64,000 nt of DNA from a virus. Positions 20,785 to 30,460 of this stretch are shown piece after piece. The position numbers and the translations under genes were made by a program. Location of the stretch: positions 1 to 64,000 of the IMG/VR virus record IMGVR_UViG_3300025010_000048, one strand, 5' to 3'. How positions within the stretch are numbered: the first letter of the stretch is position 1; each line of letters begins with the position of its first letter. Below the pieces are notes generated by a model that saw only the letters and a list, made by a program, of their open reading frames with translations, had not been told where the DNA came from and ran no database searches.

Positions 20785-21078
20785 CTAATCTGAAATGGGG
20801 ATGGGGTGGTACTGTAATTCCGCTATCCTTAACTCTATGTCATTCTTAATAATGTTCATTGCATCATCGAATCTGCCGTTAACAATAACCTCTCTGCCGA
20901 TAGATATGTTAATATCGTACCTGTCGGATGACTGGTTCTTAGATGCAGTAACCTTAATAAAGTCAGATAGGTATAGTTCATTTGTAGGTTTCTGGGAATA
21001 TAGTTCGTTGACATACTTATCAAACGACTTCTTTATTTCGGGAGATAGTTCTTTTTGCCAGTTAGATGATGTTAGCAC
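20785..21078 (-). CDS. hypothetical protein
   Basis: GGAGGTG RBS fused to an AGAA-loop hairpin. Confidence 0.55.
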   Translation of the reverse strand: MLTSSNWQKELSPEIKKSFDKYVNELYSQKPTNELYLSDFIKVTASKNQSSDRYDINISIGREVIVNGRFDDAMNIIKNDIELRIAELQYHPIPISD

Positions 21079-21417
21079 ATTGACACCTCCGTTCTCGGTT
21101 GATGGATAATGGATGTTTTAATATGAATGATATAGATTGTTGATAAAATTTATAAATTGGTGTGATCTGTGTTGGTACTATATATACTAATGCAACCCCA
21201 CCCCCGGTACCGATTGTCTCATAGGGGGGGTGATCGCACAGGCACAGCTACAGGGCCGGCGCACAGGCCAGCACAATGGTACAATGTAGGTTAACAACCC
21301 TAGGGTTGCGACTACTACAAATAATGGTAGATTGTCTTTTTGGGGTGGACTACTGCCGGTTTTATTATTGACAGCTTCAAGAAACCCAGTAAACACAAGG
21401 CCTACAGCGTTTTAGGT

Positions 21418-21445
21418 AGTTAACATAATATTTATTATCGGTACT
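21418..21445 (-). other. dif-like XerC/XerD recombination site
   Basis: AGTACCGATAA-TAAATA-TTATGTTAACT: 11-6-11 layout with a canonical XerD arm. Confidence 0.8.
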
Positions 21446-21448
21446 TAG

Positions 21449-21841
21449 TTATTCTCCTAATACTTCCTTGGCTTTTCGGGCTAATTCTGCAGAAGTGAGT
21501 TCCAACTCCACAGGGCCGCCGTCTTTGCCGGTCAGCTGAAGTTGTTGTGTATCGCTCCAGCCGTGGTTTTTCATCCAAAAAATAGCTCCGGCAGGATTCT
21601 TGCCGGAAAACAAGCTAGACTCCACAAAACGCTCTACTTTTGCCTTTGCCTTTTTAAGAACGTGTGAAAACTCTTCTACTTCGGACCAATCAATCAGTCC
21701 TCGTCTATCCGTCCCAATCGCCAAAGCTAATCCTGTAATTGTTAAAGGTTCGCCCTTTTCTTCACACTCAGCAAAATAAGCATCTATTAAAGGTTGCATT
21801 TCTTCGCCGCTCTTATATTTTCTCGGTCTACCTCCTGGCAT
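21449..21841 (-). CDS. terS: terminase small subunit (DNA-packaging gp3-like)
   Basis: GRPRKY...YF..C......TITGLALA.G...GAIF.MKN.GW.D...TGKDGGP. Confidence 0.9.
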   Translation of the reverse strand: MPGGRPRKYKSGEEMQPLIDAYFAECEEKGEPLTITGLALAIGTDRRGLIDWSEVEEFSHVLKKAKAKVERFVESSLFSGKNPAGAIFWMKNHGWSDTQQLQLTGKDGGPVELELTSAELARKAKEVLGE

Positions 21842-21989
21842 AACTTCACCTCATCTCAATACTTCTACAAACAAAAAAACTCAGCTCTACCCACAAAGCA
21901 GGCAAAACTCAATTCTCAATCAAATTTAACCCCTCTCACAGCCCCATACAGCCGAGATAATCATGTTGCAGGTGTTTTGTACCTGCAAG

Positions 21990-22580
21990 TTATCCCTTAG
22001 CCATATACGACCGGTTAACGTAATAATGACTACCCTTTTTAAACATCACACCGGTATTAATCAACGGATTAACTCTGTTGTAAGCATTTCGCTTAGTCTC
22101 TCCGATTTTTTCAGCTATATCATTAATTGTTAATTTCTCCTTAGTTTTCCGGTCTATTAGTGCACCGCTATGCCAATCAATTAAAGGCGCAACCGATATT
22201 AAAAAACCTATATCGTTATAACTGAGTCTGTCAGCTAATTCCATTAGTTTTTCGTTATACAGTTTAACGTATGTAGGTTTATTTGTGCTTCTTTTTTTTG
22301 GAGGGTTTTTATTCTCTCCTTTTTTATGCCAAAAACCGTAATATTCGTGTTCTATCTCCGCATCTCTAATGTGAATGTATTCAGATTGCTTGTCCGGCGC
22401 TTCTTCCCTCGTAAATATAGCTTGTGCGGTTGTAGCGTTTACACCTAACGGAAATATACCGTTTTCCGGTTTATTATGCCAGACTTCAGCTATCATTTCC
22501 CCTGTTTCCGGATCTATAACTTGTCTGCGCTTTCTGCCATAACCAAAGTCATCATCCAGTATCAAGCATCTTTTAATCAA
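21990..22580 (-). CDS. winged-HTH protein, RepL/MarR-like
   Basis: YVKLY motif and C-terminal HTH with YYVN wing. Confidence 0.5.
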   Translation of the reverse strand: MIKRCLILDDDFGYGRKRRQVIDPETGEMIAEVWHNKPENGIFPLGVNATTAQAIFTREEAPDKQSEYIHIRDAEIEHEYYGFWHKKGENKNPPKKRSTNKPTYVKLYNEKLMELADRLSYNDIGFLISVAPLIDWHSGALIDRKTKEKLTINDIAEKIGETKRNAYNRVNPLINTGVMFKKGSHYYVNRSYMAKG

Positions 22581-22808
22581 ACAAAAATCAACTCACTTTT
22601 TCGATATATATAATAGCAAATCACACCTTAAAACCGCAAAACCTTGATATTGCTGGGCTAAAGCCTATTTTAGTTGTGAACGAATCGTTCACATAGTATT
22701 TAATACTAGATACATAAAAAATAAGCTAAATATACATAATTACAACTTCCCCATATTAATATAATACTGCATGTAGTAAATTACTACCCTATACGGTAAT
22801 TGAAAAAC

Positions 22809-23258
22809 TCACAAAGCAACACTTCCAAACAGCTGCACCGCAAACCTATGTATAGCACTTTTCCGCAAATTATAGATGCTACGTTCCGTGCTGTAGTTCA
22901 GTTTCTCCGCGATCTTCTCCTTGGTCAACTGGTCTATATACCACATTCTCAATACTTGTCCAAAAAGCTGACACTTATCCGTCCGCGATATCGCCTCCAA
23001 AGTCTCATCAATCTCCTTAAGCTGTTGCGCTGTCAATTCCCGATTCTCCTGCAACTCCACAATATTATAAAACAAAAAGCCGGTATTATCGTTTCTACTC
23101 CCTCTTACTCCGGTTTCGTCCAAAATAGCTGCTCGCATCTGCCGGGGACAAGTAGACATAGACAATCTCCGGATCTGCCTGTCCATATTTTCCACGGCCA
23201 ACTGCATGTCCACATAAAACTCTAAAACTTTCTCCGCCTGCTCAATATAATCTATCAT
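22809..23258 (-). CDS. ArpU/RinA-family late transcriptional activator
   Basis: Y......EKIAEKLNYS.ERSIY..R..AI..FA; upstream of terS. Confidence 0.8.
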   Translation of the reverse strand: MIDYIEQAEKVLEFYVDMQLAVENMDRQIRRLSMSTCPRQMRAAILDETGVRGSRNDNTGFLFYNIVELQENRELTAQQLKEIDETLEAISRTDKCQLFGQVLRMWYIDQLTKEKIAEKLNYSTERSIYNLRKSAIHRFAVQLFGSVAL

Positions 23259-23615
23259 TTTACTCCTCCAATATTATCAGCTAAATATATCTATATTATA
23301 TATATTTTTCAGCGAAATCTCAATAATCAGCACCGGCAAGTTAATAAGACAGTTAATAAACCGCTAACCATGCGGTTTATTCTTTTTACCTTCACCCGCA
23401 ACAAAAAACACCCTCCACAACAGCCTCATATAGCCACACAAAACACCCTTCAAGTAGTTTTATACCTGCAATTCCTGTTTGACGTTCTGAAAGCTATTTT
23501 AAGGCATTTGTCTTGTTTCTTCTATTATATGCGGCGAAAAGTTTATACAATACGGTATTTACACCATAACGATATAGTAGTATTATATATCTATCATCAA
23601 AAAGGAGTTGATTAA

Positions 23616-23804
23616 ATGGCAGTAGGTCCAAACACAACGCAGATAACTTTTTACGTCAGCAAAGACTTAAAAGAGCGAGTCAAGCGGGCAGTCGAAAAAT
23701 TAAATAATTCCGAATTGGGTAAAGTTTCCATAGGTACGATCGGCACAATAGCCCTGGAACAATACCTCGCAAGCCTTGAAAACACTACAAAAACTCAGGG
23801 ATAA
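23616..23804 (+). CDS. ribbon-helix-helix regulator
   Basis: TQITFYVSKDLKERV strand-helix pattern. Confidence 0.6.
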   Translation: MAVGPNTTQITFYVSKDLKERVKRAVEKLNNSELGKVSIGTIGTIALEQYLASLENTTKTQG

Positions 23805-23834
23805 AAATTCCCTGATAATTTTTTAAATAAAGTG

Positions 23835-23866
23835 TTGACACTGTGTTTATACTGTGATAATATAAT
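23835..23866 (+). promoter_or_regulatory. sigmaA-type early promoter
   Basis: TTGACA with a TAATAT/TATAAT -10 region; ACTGTG direct repeat in the spacer. Confidence 0.65.
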
Positions 23867-23905
23867 AATCAAGAACAGCGAGACACAAACGAAGGGGGAA
23901 ACGAA

Positions 23906-26900
23906 ATGACCAATAAAGAATTAAAACAGCAGGCATTAGACCTAAAACTGCAAATGAGTCGCCGCCGGGTGGCATGTGCTAACGGTAACGACATAATAAA
24001 GTTAATGCAATGTCACCAAGCAGGAGACTACGCACCAATGCAAGAAACCAAACTATATAATAAATACTCCGGCGAATACTGCGAATACTTGGAAATATTA
24101 AACAAACAACCTGCCTGACGGGCTGTAGACAGCGAAAACGGGGAAACCCGTTAGCAGGATAAACTAAATACGAGGGGGATAAAAAATGATAAAAAGAATT
24201 TTTAACGGCGAAGGTTACACGATTACATTAGTAACTGACCTGGGTAATACGGAAATTCCAGGAAGAAGTATAACTGAAATAGAAGTACCGGAAGGCGCAC
24301 AATTTAACTCAGATAACTTCTATATACATGAGGACGGGTTGTGGTACGCTAAAACAGAAGATTGCTTCACCGGCGCAGATATGGAAATCTACTCCGAATA
24401 GTCGAAACCGGGGCAACCTGGTCAGCAGGAATGGCTACCTGCTCTGAGGATGACAGCCAACCAACAAGCTACCAGGCGAGGCGTTCCCTGGATGCAAGAC
24501 AGTATCACCAAGCAGCACAGCGCACCGACAGCAGCAAACTAGGCGCAACGTCCAAGTACAGGTCTTTGACAACTACACAAGTAGGCGGTTTAGGTTTTAC
24601 CTGAGGGCGCGACTTTGAGGTAAAACTTAAAAGGGGGAATTAGAATGATGTTATTGTGGGTAAATGAAAGAGGTAAAGGCGAAGATGGAGCAGCAGGTTA
24701 TAAGGTAGACAGTATTGAAGATGCAGTAAAGAAATTTATCAAGATGTTTCCTTACGACAACATAGTTGGTTATGTTGCAGATGATAAAAGTCATGACAAA
24801 AGAACAATCTTTGTAAGTAAAAATAAGTTTAAGAGGATGGTCAGAAAAGAGTATGGCGGGGAATTTTACTGTGACATAGTTTTATAATCTAACCTCACGG
24901 TTAGATTTTACCTCTGCATCCTGCCGGGCGTGGAGGTAAAATCTAAAAGGGAGGTAATGCTATGTATAAAAATTTATATCTGGAAGTATCAGAAAAGACA
25001 AGAGGAATCGGCTATCACTACATCGTAACTGCAGGAGCAACAGCCAACACAGCATTTAAAACAGAGCAAGGTTATAAAAATTTCCTTGAGCGTACAGGTC
25101 TTACGCCGGAATTCCAGCAAACAGTCAATAGTCGTGAATATGGCAAAGTTGACTGCTATAAACTACATGGGAAGTATAATGAAAGATATTTCAAAAGCAT
25201 GGAAGAAATTCCGCAGGATGCAAAACAATATGTCGGACTGTCTAACGGTTCTTATGTTGACTGTTATTATGCCGACGTTGACGAGGTTAGAACCATGTTT
25301 TTACCTAACCCAAACTATAAAGAAGTTTACAAGCCAAAGGATTACCGCACTTACTCGGTTTTAAATTAGTAAGGGTTAAGCCCTTGTCTAGCTTAAAACT
25401 CCCCGGTAGCTGTAGCGAGCAGTAAAACCGGGGAGCAGGTAAAAATATATTCACCAATATTATAATAAATTATAGGGGGTAACACAATGAGCGCATATGT
25501 AGTAGAAAAGAAAACCATTGACCGTATTGTAACATTTGCCGAAACTAAGGGCGCAGAGCATTTTTGGAGTAGGTACCCGGCAATCCATGAAGTATTTGCA
25601 GGTGATTGTAATAAATTAGGTCAAAAACTGCTAGTTATGAATAATAAGGCGGTTGATGCCAGATACAACGAAAACAACCCAATCGAATTATATAACTATA
25701 GCCATACACCAGCAAGTAAAATACAGGTTTATAAGTCCATGCAGTGTTTTTTATATCAATGTACGGAGGGAGATATACCAAAATCCAAACTATATAAGGA
25801 GTTAGAAGAATTAATTGGTGATTTAGCGGCAGACATTGTCTATAATCTGCCGGAATACGGAAAAGCACAATGGGGTTAGAAATACAGGGGTTAGGGGTTA
25901 ACCATAAACCCCAGTTTTACCTGAGTTATCCGGCAGGATGGCTGAGTTAAGACTAAGTGAGGGGGGTTATTTTAATGAAAATCATAATTTGTAAAGGCAC
26001 GGCAAATATACCGGCAAGGTTTTGGTGCTGGATAGTTTGCGAAGAAGAATTTACTAAGGACATAAAAAATCAAGGATTTGTAAAATCAGAATGTACTAAG
26101 TATTTATCCAGAGAGCAATTAAATTTCTTGAATGACTAGAAGGTTAAAGGTTCGCGGTAATCCATAAACCGCAGTTTTACCAAAGCGTCACAAGAGGGCT
26201 TTTTTGTAAAATTAAAATAAGGGGGATTCATTATGATTAAATTAACAGTAAAGAAATTAAACGATTTTACCAATGTTTGTCCAGTTATTGCACGTATTGA
26301 GGTAACAGAAACTAACCAGGAAATCCCGACAACTAACATTTTCAGGCATGACAGAGAAAGTAATAATTTCATGAAAGTTGATTTATCCGGGGACAATGAC
26401 CAATATCATTATTCCTCTTATGCAGTTGAAGAAGGATTTATGTCACCCGAAGGAGCCAATGAATTCATTGAAAAAACTCTTGAAGAAATCAGGGAAGAAG
26501 TAAATAGACATAGAGGTTGTCAATGGGACGAAGAATCCGAATATATAGTGAAAATATAGTCTTTCGTTATCTCCTGCAGTGTCAGGGGATGCCGAAGGAT
26601 TGTAAGAAGAAGAAGGAGGGCAACACTATGACAGCAGCATCCGCAAACCGCATTTTAAGGGCCATACGCAGGCAAGAAACGGCGAGAGGTGCAAACGTAC
26701 CTGAACTACAGAAATACCGTCTTAAAATGTACTACCCCGAAATAATATGCGCCAGCACGACTATCCCTGCCGGGTGCAGCAAGGATACAGTCTGGGCAAC
26801 TTCGCCGCTGGATGCCTTAAAATTCGCCGTGTCTCATTGGAAGATGGCAGAATGGGTGGAGGTGATAGTATGAAAATCAGACTTATCGGACCGAGAATAA

Positions 26901-27808
26901 TTTCACCTGAGCGCAGGTTATTTGTCGGCTAACTTATATTTCCATATATTTTTTGCTTGACAGGTGATGCACCAAGCAGTATAATAAGTGCATCACCCAT
27001 GCAGGAGGAAGTTATGACAATACCAAAAGACAAAATACGTATCAGCATAACCTTTCCAAAAACGCTTGCCGCACAACTAAAAAAGCAGGCGGCAGAGGAA
27101 GGGAAGGGAATTTCAGAGATTGTTATTAAAAAAATCATGCCGGGAACGGCGAGGGAGGAAAAATTATGAATTTACCGCACAAAGTAGCTAACGATAAACC
27201 TGTTTTTTCCGGATGGGAAGTGTTGGCCTTCTGCAATGTCGCCGGAAATGCACCAGCGCACCGCAGTTTTGGAAAGCGCGACACGTACCACGAGGCACGG
27301 GAGTTATTTGACTCCCTGCCCGAAGTGGTGGAATTTTAATTGAGGGAGGAAAAATAATGTTTAATAAAAATACAGCTTCAAAAAATTTAAAAACCGCCGC
27401 CAAGAATTGCGGCGTGAAAGGTGACTGGAAATGGGAACCTTGCAACGCCGGCAGATCGGTCGGCGATCTGCCGGCAAATATGACTGCAGCAGTCATACAT
27501 AAGAACGGCGAGCAATACAAAATTACCGCCGATGAACTTCGTTAGTTTTAACGGCTTGGGGTCAGCCGAAAAAACCCCGCCAGGAAATTAATTAGAGGAG
27601 GAATTGAGATGTGTTAGATAAAATAACAAGCGTAATAGACGGAATATCCACAGTCATAACTTTTGACCCACAGGATGCCCAGCATCCAATATGGTTAGAG
27701 TACCCCTTTGAGGCTAAGCTGCAAAAATGGAGCAGCGAGGGGTGTTTGCTCCGGAACGACAATATAATTATCAACAGTTTCGACCACCTAAACTACCTGG
27801 CAGAGTAG
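23906..27808 (+). CDS. early region of about 12 small hypothetical genes (e.g. 23906-24118, 24186-24401, 24645-24887, 24962-25369, 25487-25879, 26233-26559, 26628-26873, 27166-27339, 27357-27545, 27611-27808)
   Basis: Most have a strong GGAGG/GGGGG RBS; separated by structured spacers. Confidence 0.7.
24110..24158 (+). ncRNA. type I hammerhead ribozyme (core variant CUGACGG)
   Basis: CCUGC-CUGACGG-GCUG(UAGA)CAGC-GAAA-ACGGG(GAAA)CCCGU-UA-GCAGG. Confidence 0.72.
24401..24459 (+). ncRNA. type II hammerhead ribozyme with loop I/3' tail pseudoknot
   Basis: GUC-GAAA-CCGGG(GCAA)CCUGG-UC-AGCAGG(AAUGGCUA)CCUGCU-CUGAGGA-UGAC-AGCCA; UGGCU pairs with AGCCA. Confidence 0.88.
24561..24574 (+). promoter_or_regulatory. 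boxA-like antitermination element
   Basis: GGTCTTTGACAACT resembles Firmicute rrn boxA. Confidence 0.6.
26957..26997 (+). promoter_or_regulatory. consensus sigmaA promoter with inverted-repeat operator
   Basis: TTGACA-17-TATAAT; GGTGATGCAC/GTGCATCACC arms flank the -10. Confidence 0.88.
27014..27169 (+). CDS. ribbon-helix-helix regulator
   Basis: RISITFPKTL...LKK.A..EGK.ISEIV; AGGAGG RBS. Confidence 0.75.
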   Translation: MTIPKDKIRISITFPKTLAAQLKKQAAEEGKGISEIVIKKIMPGTAREEKL

Positions 27809-27837
27809 TCCTTCGCGGTGTTCTGAATATTGGTCTT

Positions 27838-27864
27838 AGCCGCCTCCGGGCGGTTTATTTTTTT
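27838..27864 (+). terminator. intrinsic terminator ending the early operon
   Basis: AGCCGCC-TCCG-GGCGGTT followed by a T-rich run. Confidence 0.8.
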
Positions 27865-27877
27865 CCCAAAATTACCT

Positions 27878-27908
27878 GCAATATGGACAAACCGCCTCCG
27901 CATAAACT
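27878..27908 (+). promoter_or_regulatory. putative sigmaE (mother-cell sporulation) promoter of the FtsK operon
   Basis: ATA-17 nt-CATAaacT; no sigmaA consensus nearby. Confidence 0.45.
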
Positions 27909-27939
27909 AAACGAACAACACAACGAACGGAGGTACGCC

Positions 27940-29329
27940 GTCAACTACTCCCACCTACGCTTCGCTTAGAGGTGTGAGCTTGTAACTACCCGGAAGTGCA
28001 AACGAGATAATCTCTCCTTCCTTAGAATGGTGTTACATTAGGGCAGGTTGACATCTACCCACTTATAAAGGTTATACCCCTATAAGTACTTCAACGATGT
28101 ACTCTATTCCTTTTCGTTGAAGATTCATTGCTCCTATACGGTCATCATTTGATTTGTATCCACAGTTACGACAGCAAAAGATGTGAGCTTTCTTATTGCG
28201 ATTACTTCTCTCTGTATGTCCACACTTGGGGCAAGTTTGAGAAGTGTACTTAGGATTAACAGCTATTACTTTTGAATTATTTAGTAATACCTTATATTCT
28301 AACATTTGTCGTAGCTGATAAAATGACCAGGAGACTGTCTCGTATCTATCTTTAACTCTAACACGTTCTGTAGCATTACGAATACCGGCAAGGTCTTCTA
28401 TTGCAAAAAGAGTATTAGCCCCATATTGATTAACGAGTGCCTTTGATACTTGATGGTTTACATCATGCATCCAACGGTTTTCTCGTTGACCAATTCTCTT
28501 CAATCTTCTGCGAGAAGAAGCTGTACCTTTTTGTTGTAGTTGTTTACGCAAGTATTTGTAATAAGAACGTTTGGCTTTAATTTTTCTACCATTAAAGAAT
28601 ATTGACTTACCTTTTGAATCATAGGTTACTGCAATAAAGTTAATACCTAAATCAACGCCAACAATACTATTGATATCATAATCTGATACCATATCAATCT
28701 CTTTAGACATTGGTATGTGTAAGAAGAACTTACCGTATTTATGCACTAACTTTGCTGTACCAAAAGTCCATGAGTTGTCAAAGTATCTTTCCATACCTTT
28801 AATATCAAATGGTACTTTAATGCGTCCATCTAATGTATTAATAGAGAATATGCCTTTCGTAAGTAGATAATCTCTATTCCATACTAAATCATATTCTGGT
28901 TTTTTAAACTGTATTTTAGTCCAATCGTGCTTATTGCTTTTAAGAGTCTTGTATCTTGCTATTACAGTTTTCATAACCGACTGGGACATTTGAGAACGCA
29001 AAGAGAAGTTGCTACGCAAATCATTGTAGGCTATTTTTTGTAACTTTGATTGAGATAACTCTTTTGTATTAAAGATTATATCAGACACAAAGTTACATCC
29101 TTTACGATAGGCATTAAGAGTTCCCTGGAGTAATATGATTTGTGCTGATGTTGGATTGATTTTGATTTTAGCAGTAACAGTTAATTGCATAGTATACACC
29201 AACTTTCACTAACTATAGAAAGTATATCATATTAGTGAAAACATGTGCAACAAGAATATTAAAGAAGAAAGGAGGGAAGGCGCATTCCTCCCCGACTTTA
29301 GAAGATCGGGGTATCCTGCGCCGACCTAG
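27940..29329 (-). mobile_element. IS200/IS605-family, TnpB-only (IS1341-type) element
   Basis: Left-end hairpin 29279-29322; right end finishing GGGAGTAGTTGAC; TTCAT abuts the left end; removal restores GGAGGTACGCC-ATG. Confidence 0.85.
28072..29202 (-). CDS. tnpB: TnpB RNA-guided nuclease
   Basis: RuvC GVDLG, IEDL, DRIGAMNL; zinc finger CPKC...CRNC; catalytic residues present. Confidence 0.95.
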   Translation of the reverse strand: MVYTMQLTVTAKIKINPTSAQIILLQGTLNAYRKGCNFVSDIIFNTKELSQSKLQKIAYNDLRSNFSLRSQMSQSVMKTVIARYKTLKSNKHDWTKIQFKKPEYDLVWNRDYLLTKGIFSINTLDGRIKVPFDIKGMERYFDNSWTFGTAKLVHKYGKFFLHIPMSKEIDMVSDYDINSIVGVDLGINFIAVTYDSKGKSIFFNGRKIKAKRSYYKYLRKQLQQKGTASSRRRLKRIGQRENRWMHDVNHQVSKALVNQYGANTLFAIEDLAGIRNATERVRVKDRYETVSWSFYQLRQMLEYKVLLNNSKVIAVNPKYTSQTCPKCGHTERSNRNKKAHIFCCRNCGYKSNDDRIGAMNLQRKGIEYIVEVLIGV

Positions 29330-30460
29330 ATGAAGAAACAAAAAACCAACATGTTAGGCGAAGCACTGGAGGGCATAAAAACAGCATGGAGGCACCGCAA
29401 AGGCTACGAAATACCTGCCGCAATACTAGACACCCTAGACGCTCTTTACCCCCTCGATAAACCCAGACCATTACCGATCCGTAAAGGAATTCAGTGCACA
29501 GAAACCGGCTGGCACATGATATTTACACTTAGACCAGGCACATCATTTAACACCCTAAAAAATCAGCAGGAATATTTTGAGGATGCTACCGGGCTAAATG
29601 TGGAAATGAGCAAAAAAGCAAACTTTCTACACATCAACATAAACACTAACGAGATACCGAAAAAGCTACCGTACAGCTGGAATTATAGCGGCAATATAGA
29701 CCTACCAATACCTGTCGGACTTAGTAAGCAAGGATTGGAAGTGCTACCGCTTGAAGAATCTCCGCATTTACTTATTGCCGGTGTTCCTGGGTACGGAAAA
29801 TCCAACTTTTTACATGTCCTTATTACTTCCCTGCTACCAGTAGCAAGAATCAGCATTATAGACTTAAAGCGGTTGGAGTTTGCCTACTTAAAAGATTATG
29901 CGGCACTAGCTAGGACGGAGGAAGAATCTCTGTTATTAATGCAGTCAATAGAAAAGGGCATGGAACAACGTATCAGAACACTAGAGAGGGCAAAAGTAGT
30001 CAAAATTCAAGACTACAACAAGAGGGCGAAGGAACCATTGCCTTTTATCGTTGTTGTGATTGATGAATTAGCGGAAATTAGCTGTACTAAAACAATTAGA
30101 CTTATCGACAGAATAACCAGACTTGCCAGGGCGGTTGGAATTTCAGTAGTTGCGGCAACACAAAGACCGTCAACGAAGGTTCTCCCGGGAGATACCCGGG
30201 CAATGTTTCAAGCGCGACTATGCTTCCAAGTTGCCGATGAACTCAATAGTCGTATGGTGCTAGGTGAAACCTGTTCCCTTGCCGCATATCTACCAGGTAT
30301 AAAAGGCAGGGCAATTTATAAATTCGGCATGGATACCCAGGAAGTCCAGACTATGCACCTTCCGGTCAGTCAGGCCAAAAAATTGTTAAAGGGGGTGAGT
30401 ATGGATGCTTTTACCGAGTGGACCAATATCACACCGAGCGCGCGGCTATTACCGCGATAA
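29330..30460 (+). CDS. FtsK/SpoIIIE-family ATPase
   Basis: PHLLIAGVPGYGKS, IIDLK, VVIDELAE, RLARAVGI, ATQRP. Confidence 0.92.
   Translation: MKKQKTNMLGEALEGIKTAWRHRKGYEIPAAILDTLDALYPLDKPRPLPIRKGIQCTETGWHMIFTLRPGTSFNTLKNQQEYFEDATGLNVEMSKKANFLHININTNEIPKKLPYSWNYSGNIDLPIPVGLSKQGLEVLPLEESPHLLIAGVPGYGKSNFLHVLITSLLPVARISIIDLKRLEFAYLKDYAALARTEEESLLLMQSIEKGMEQRIRTLERAKVVKIQDYNKRAKEPLPFIVVVIDELAEISCTKTIRLIDRITRLARAVGISVVAATQRPSTKVLPGDTRAMFQARLCFQVADELNSRMVLGETCSLAAYLPGIKGRAIYKFGMDTQEVQTMHLPVSQAKKLLKGVSMDAFTEWTNITPSARLLPR

Noticed and set aside
22675-22693. TGTGAACGAATCGTTCACA palindrome as an SOS box
   Set aside because: GAAC-N5-GTTC spacing does not fit the N4 LexA box; may be another operator but unsupported
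25370-25445. Possible twister or pistol ribozyme
   Set aside because: A CTCCCCGG/CCGGGGAG hairpin is present but I could not place the required pseudoknots or conserved core
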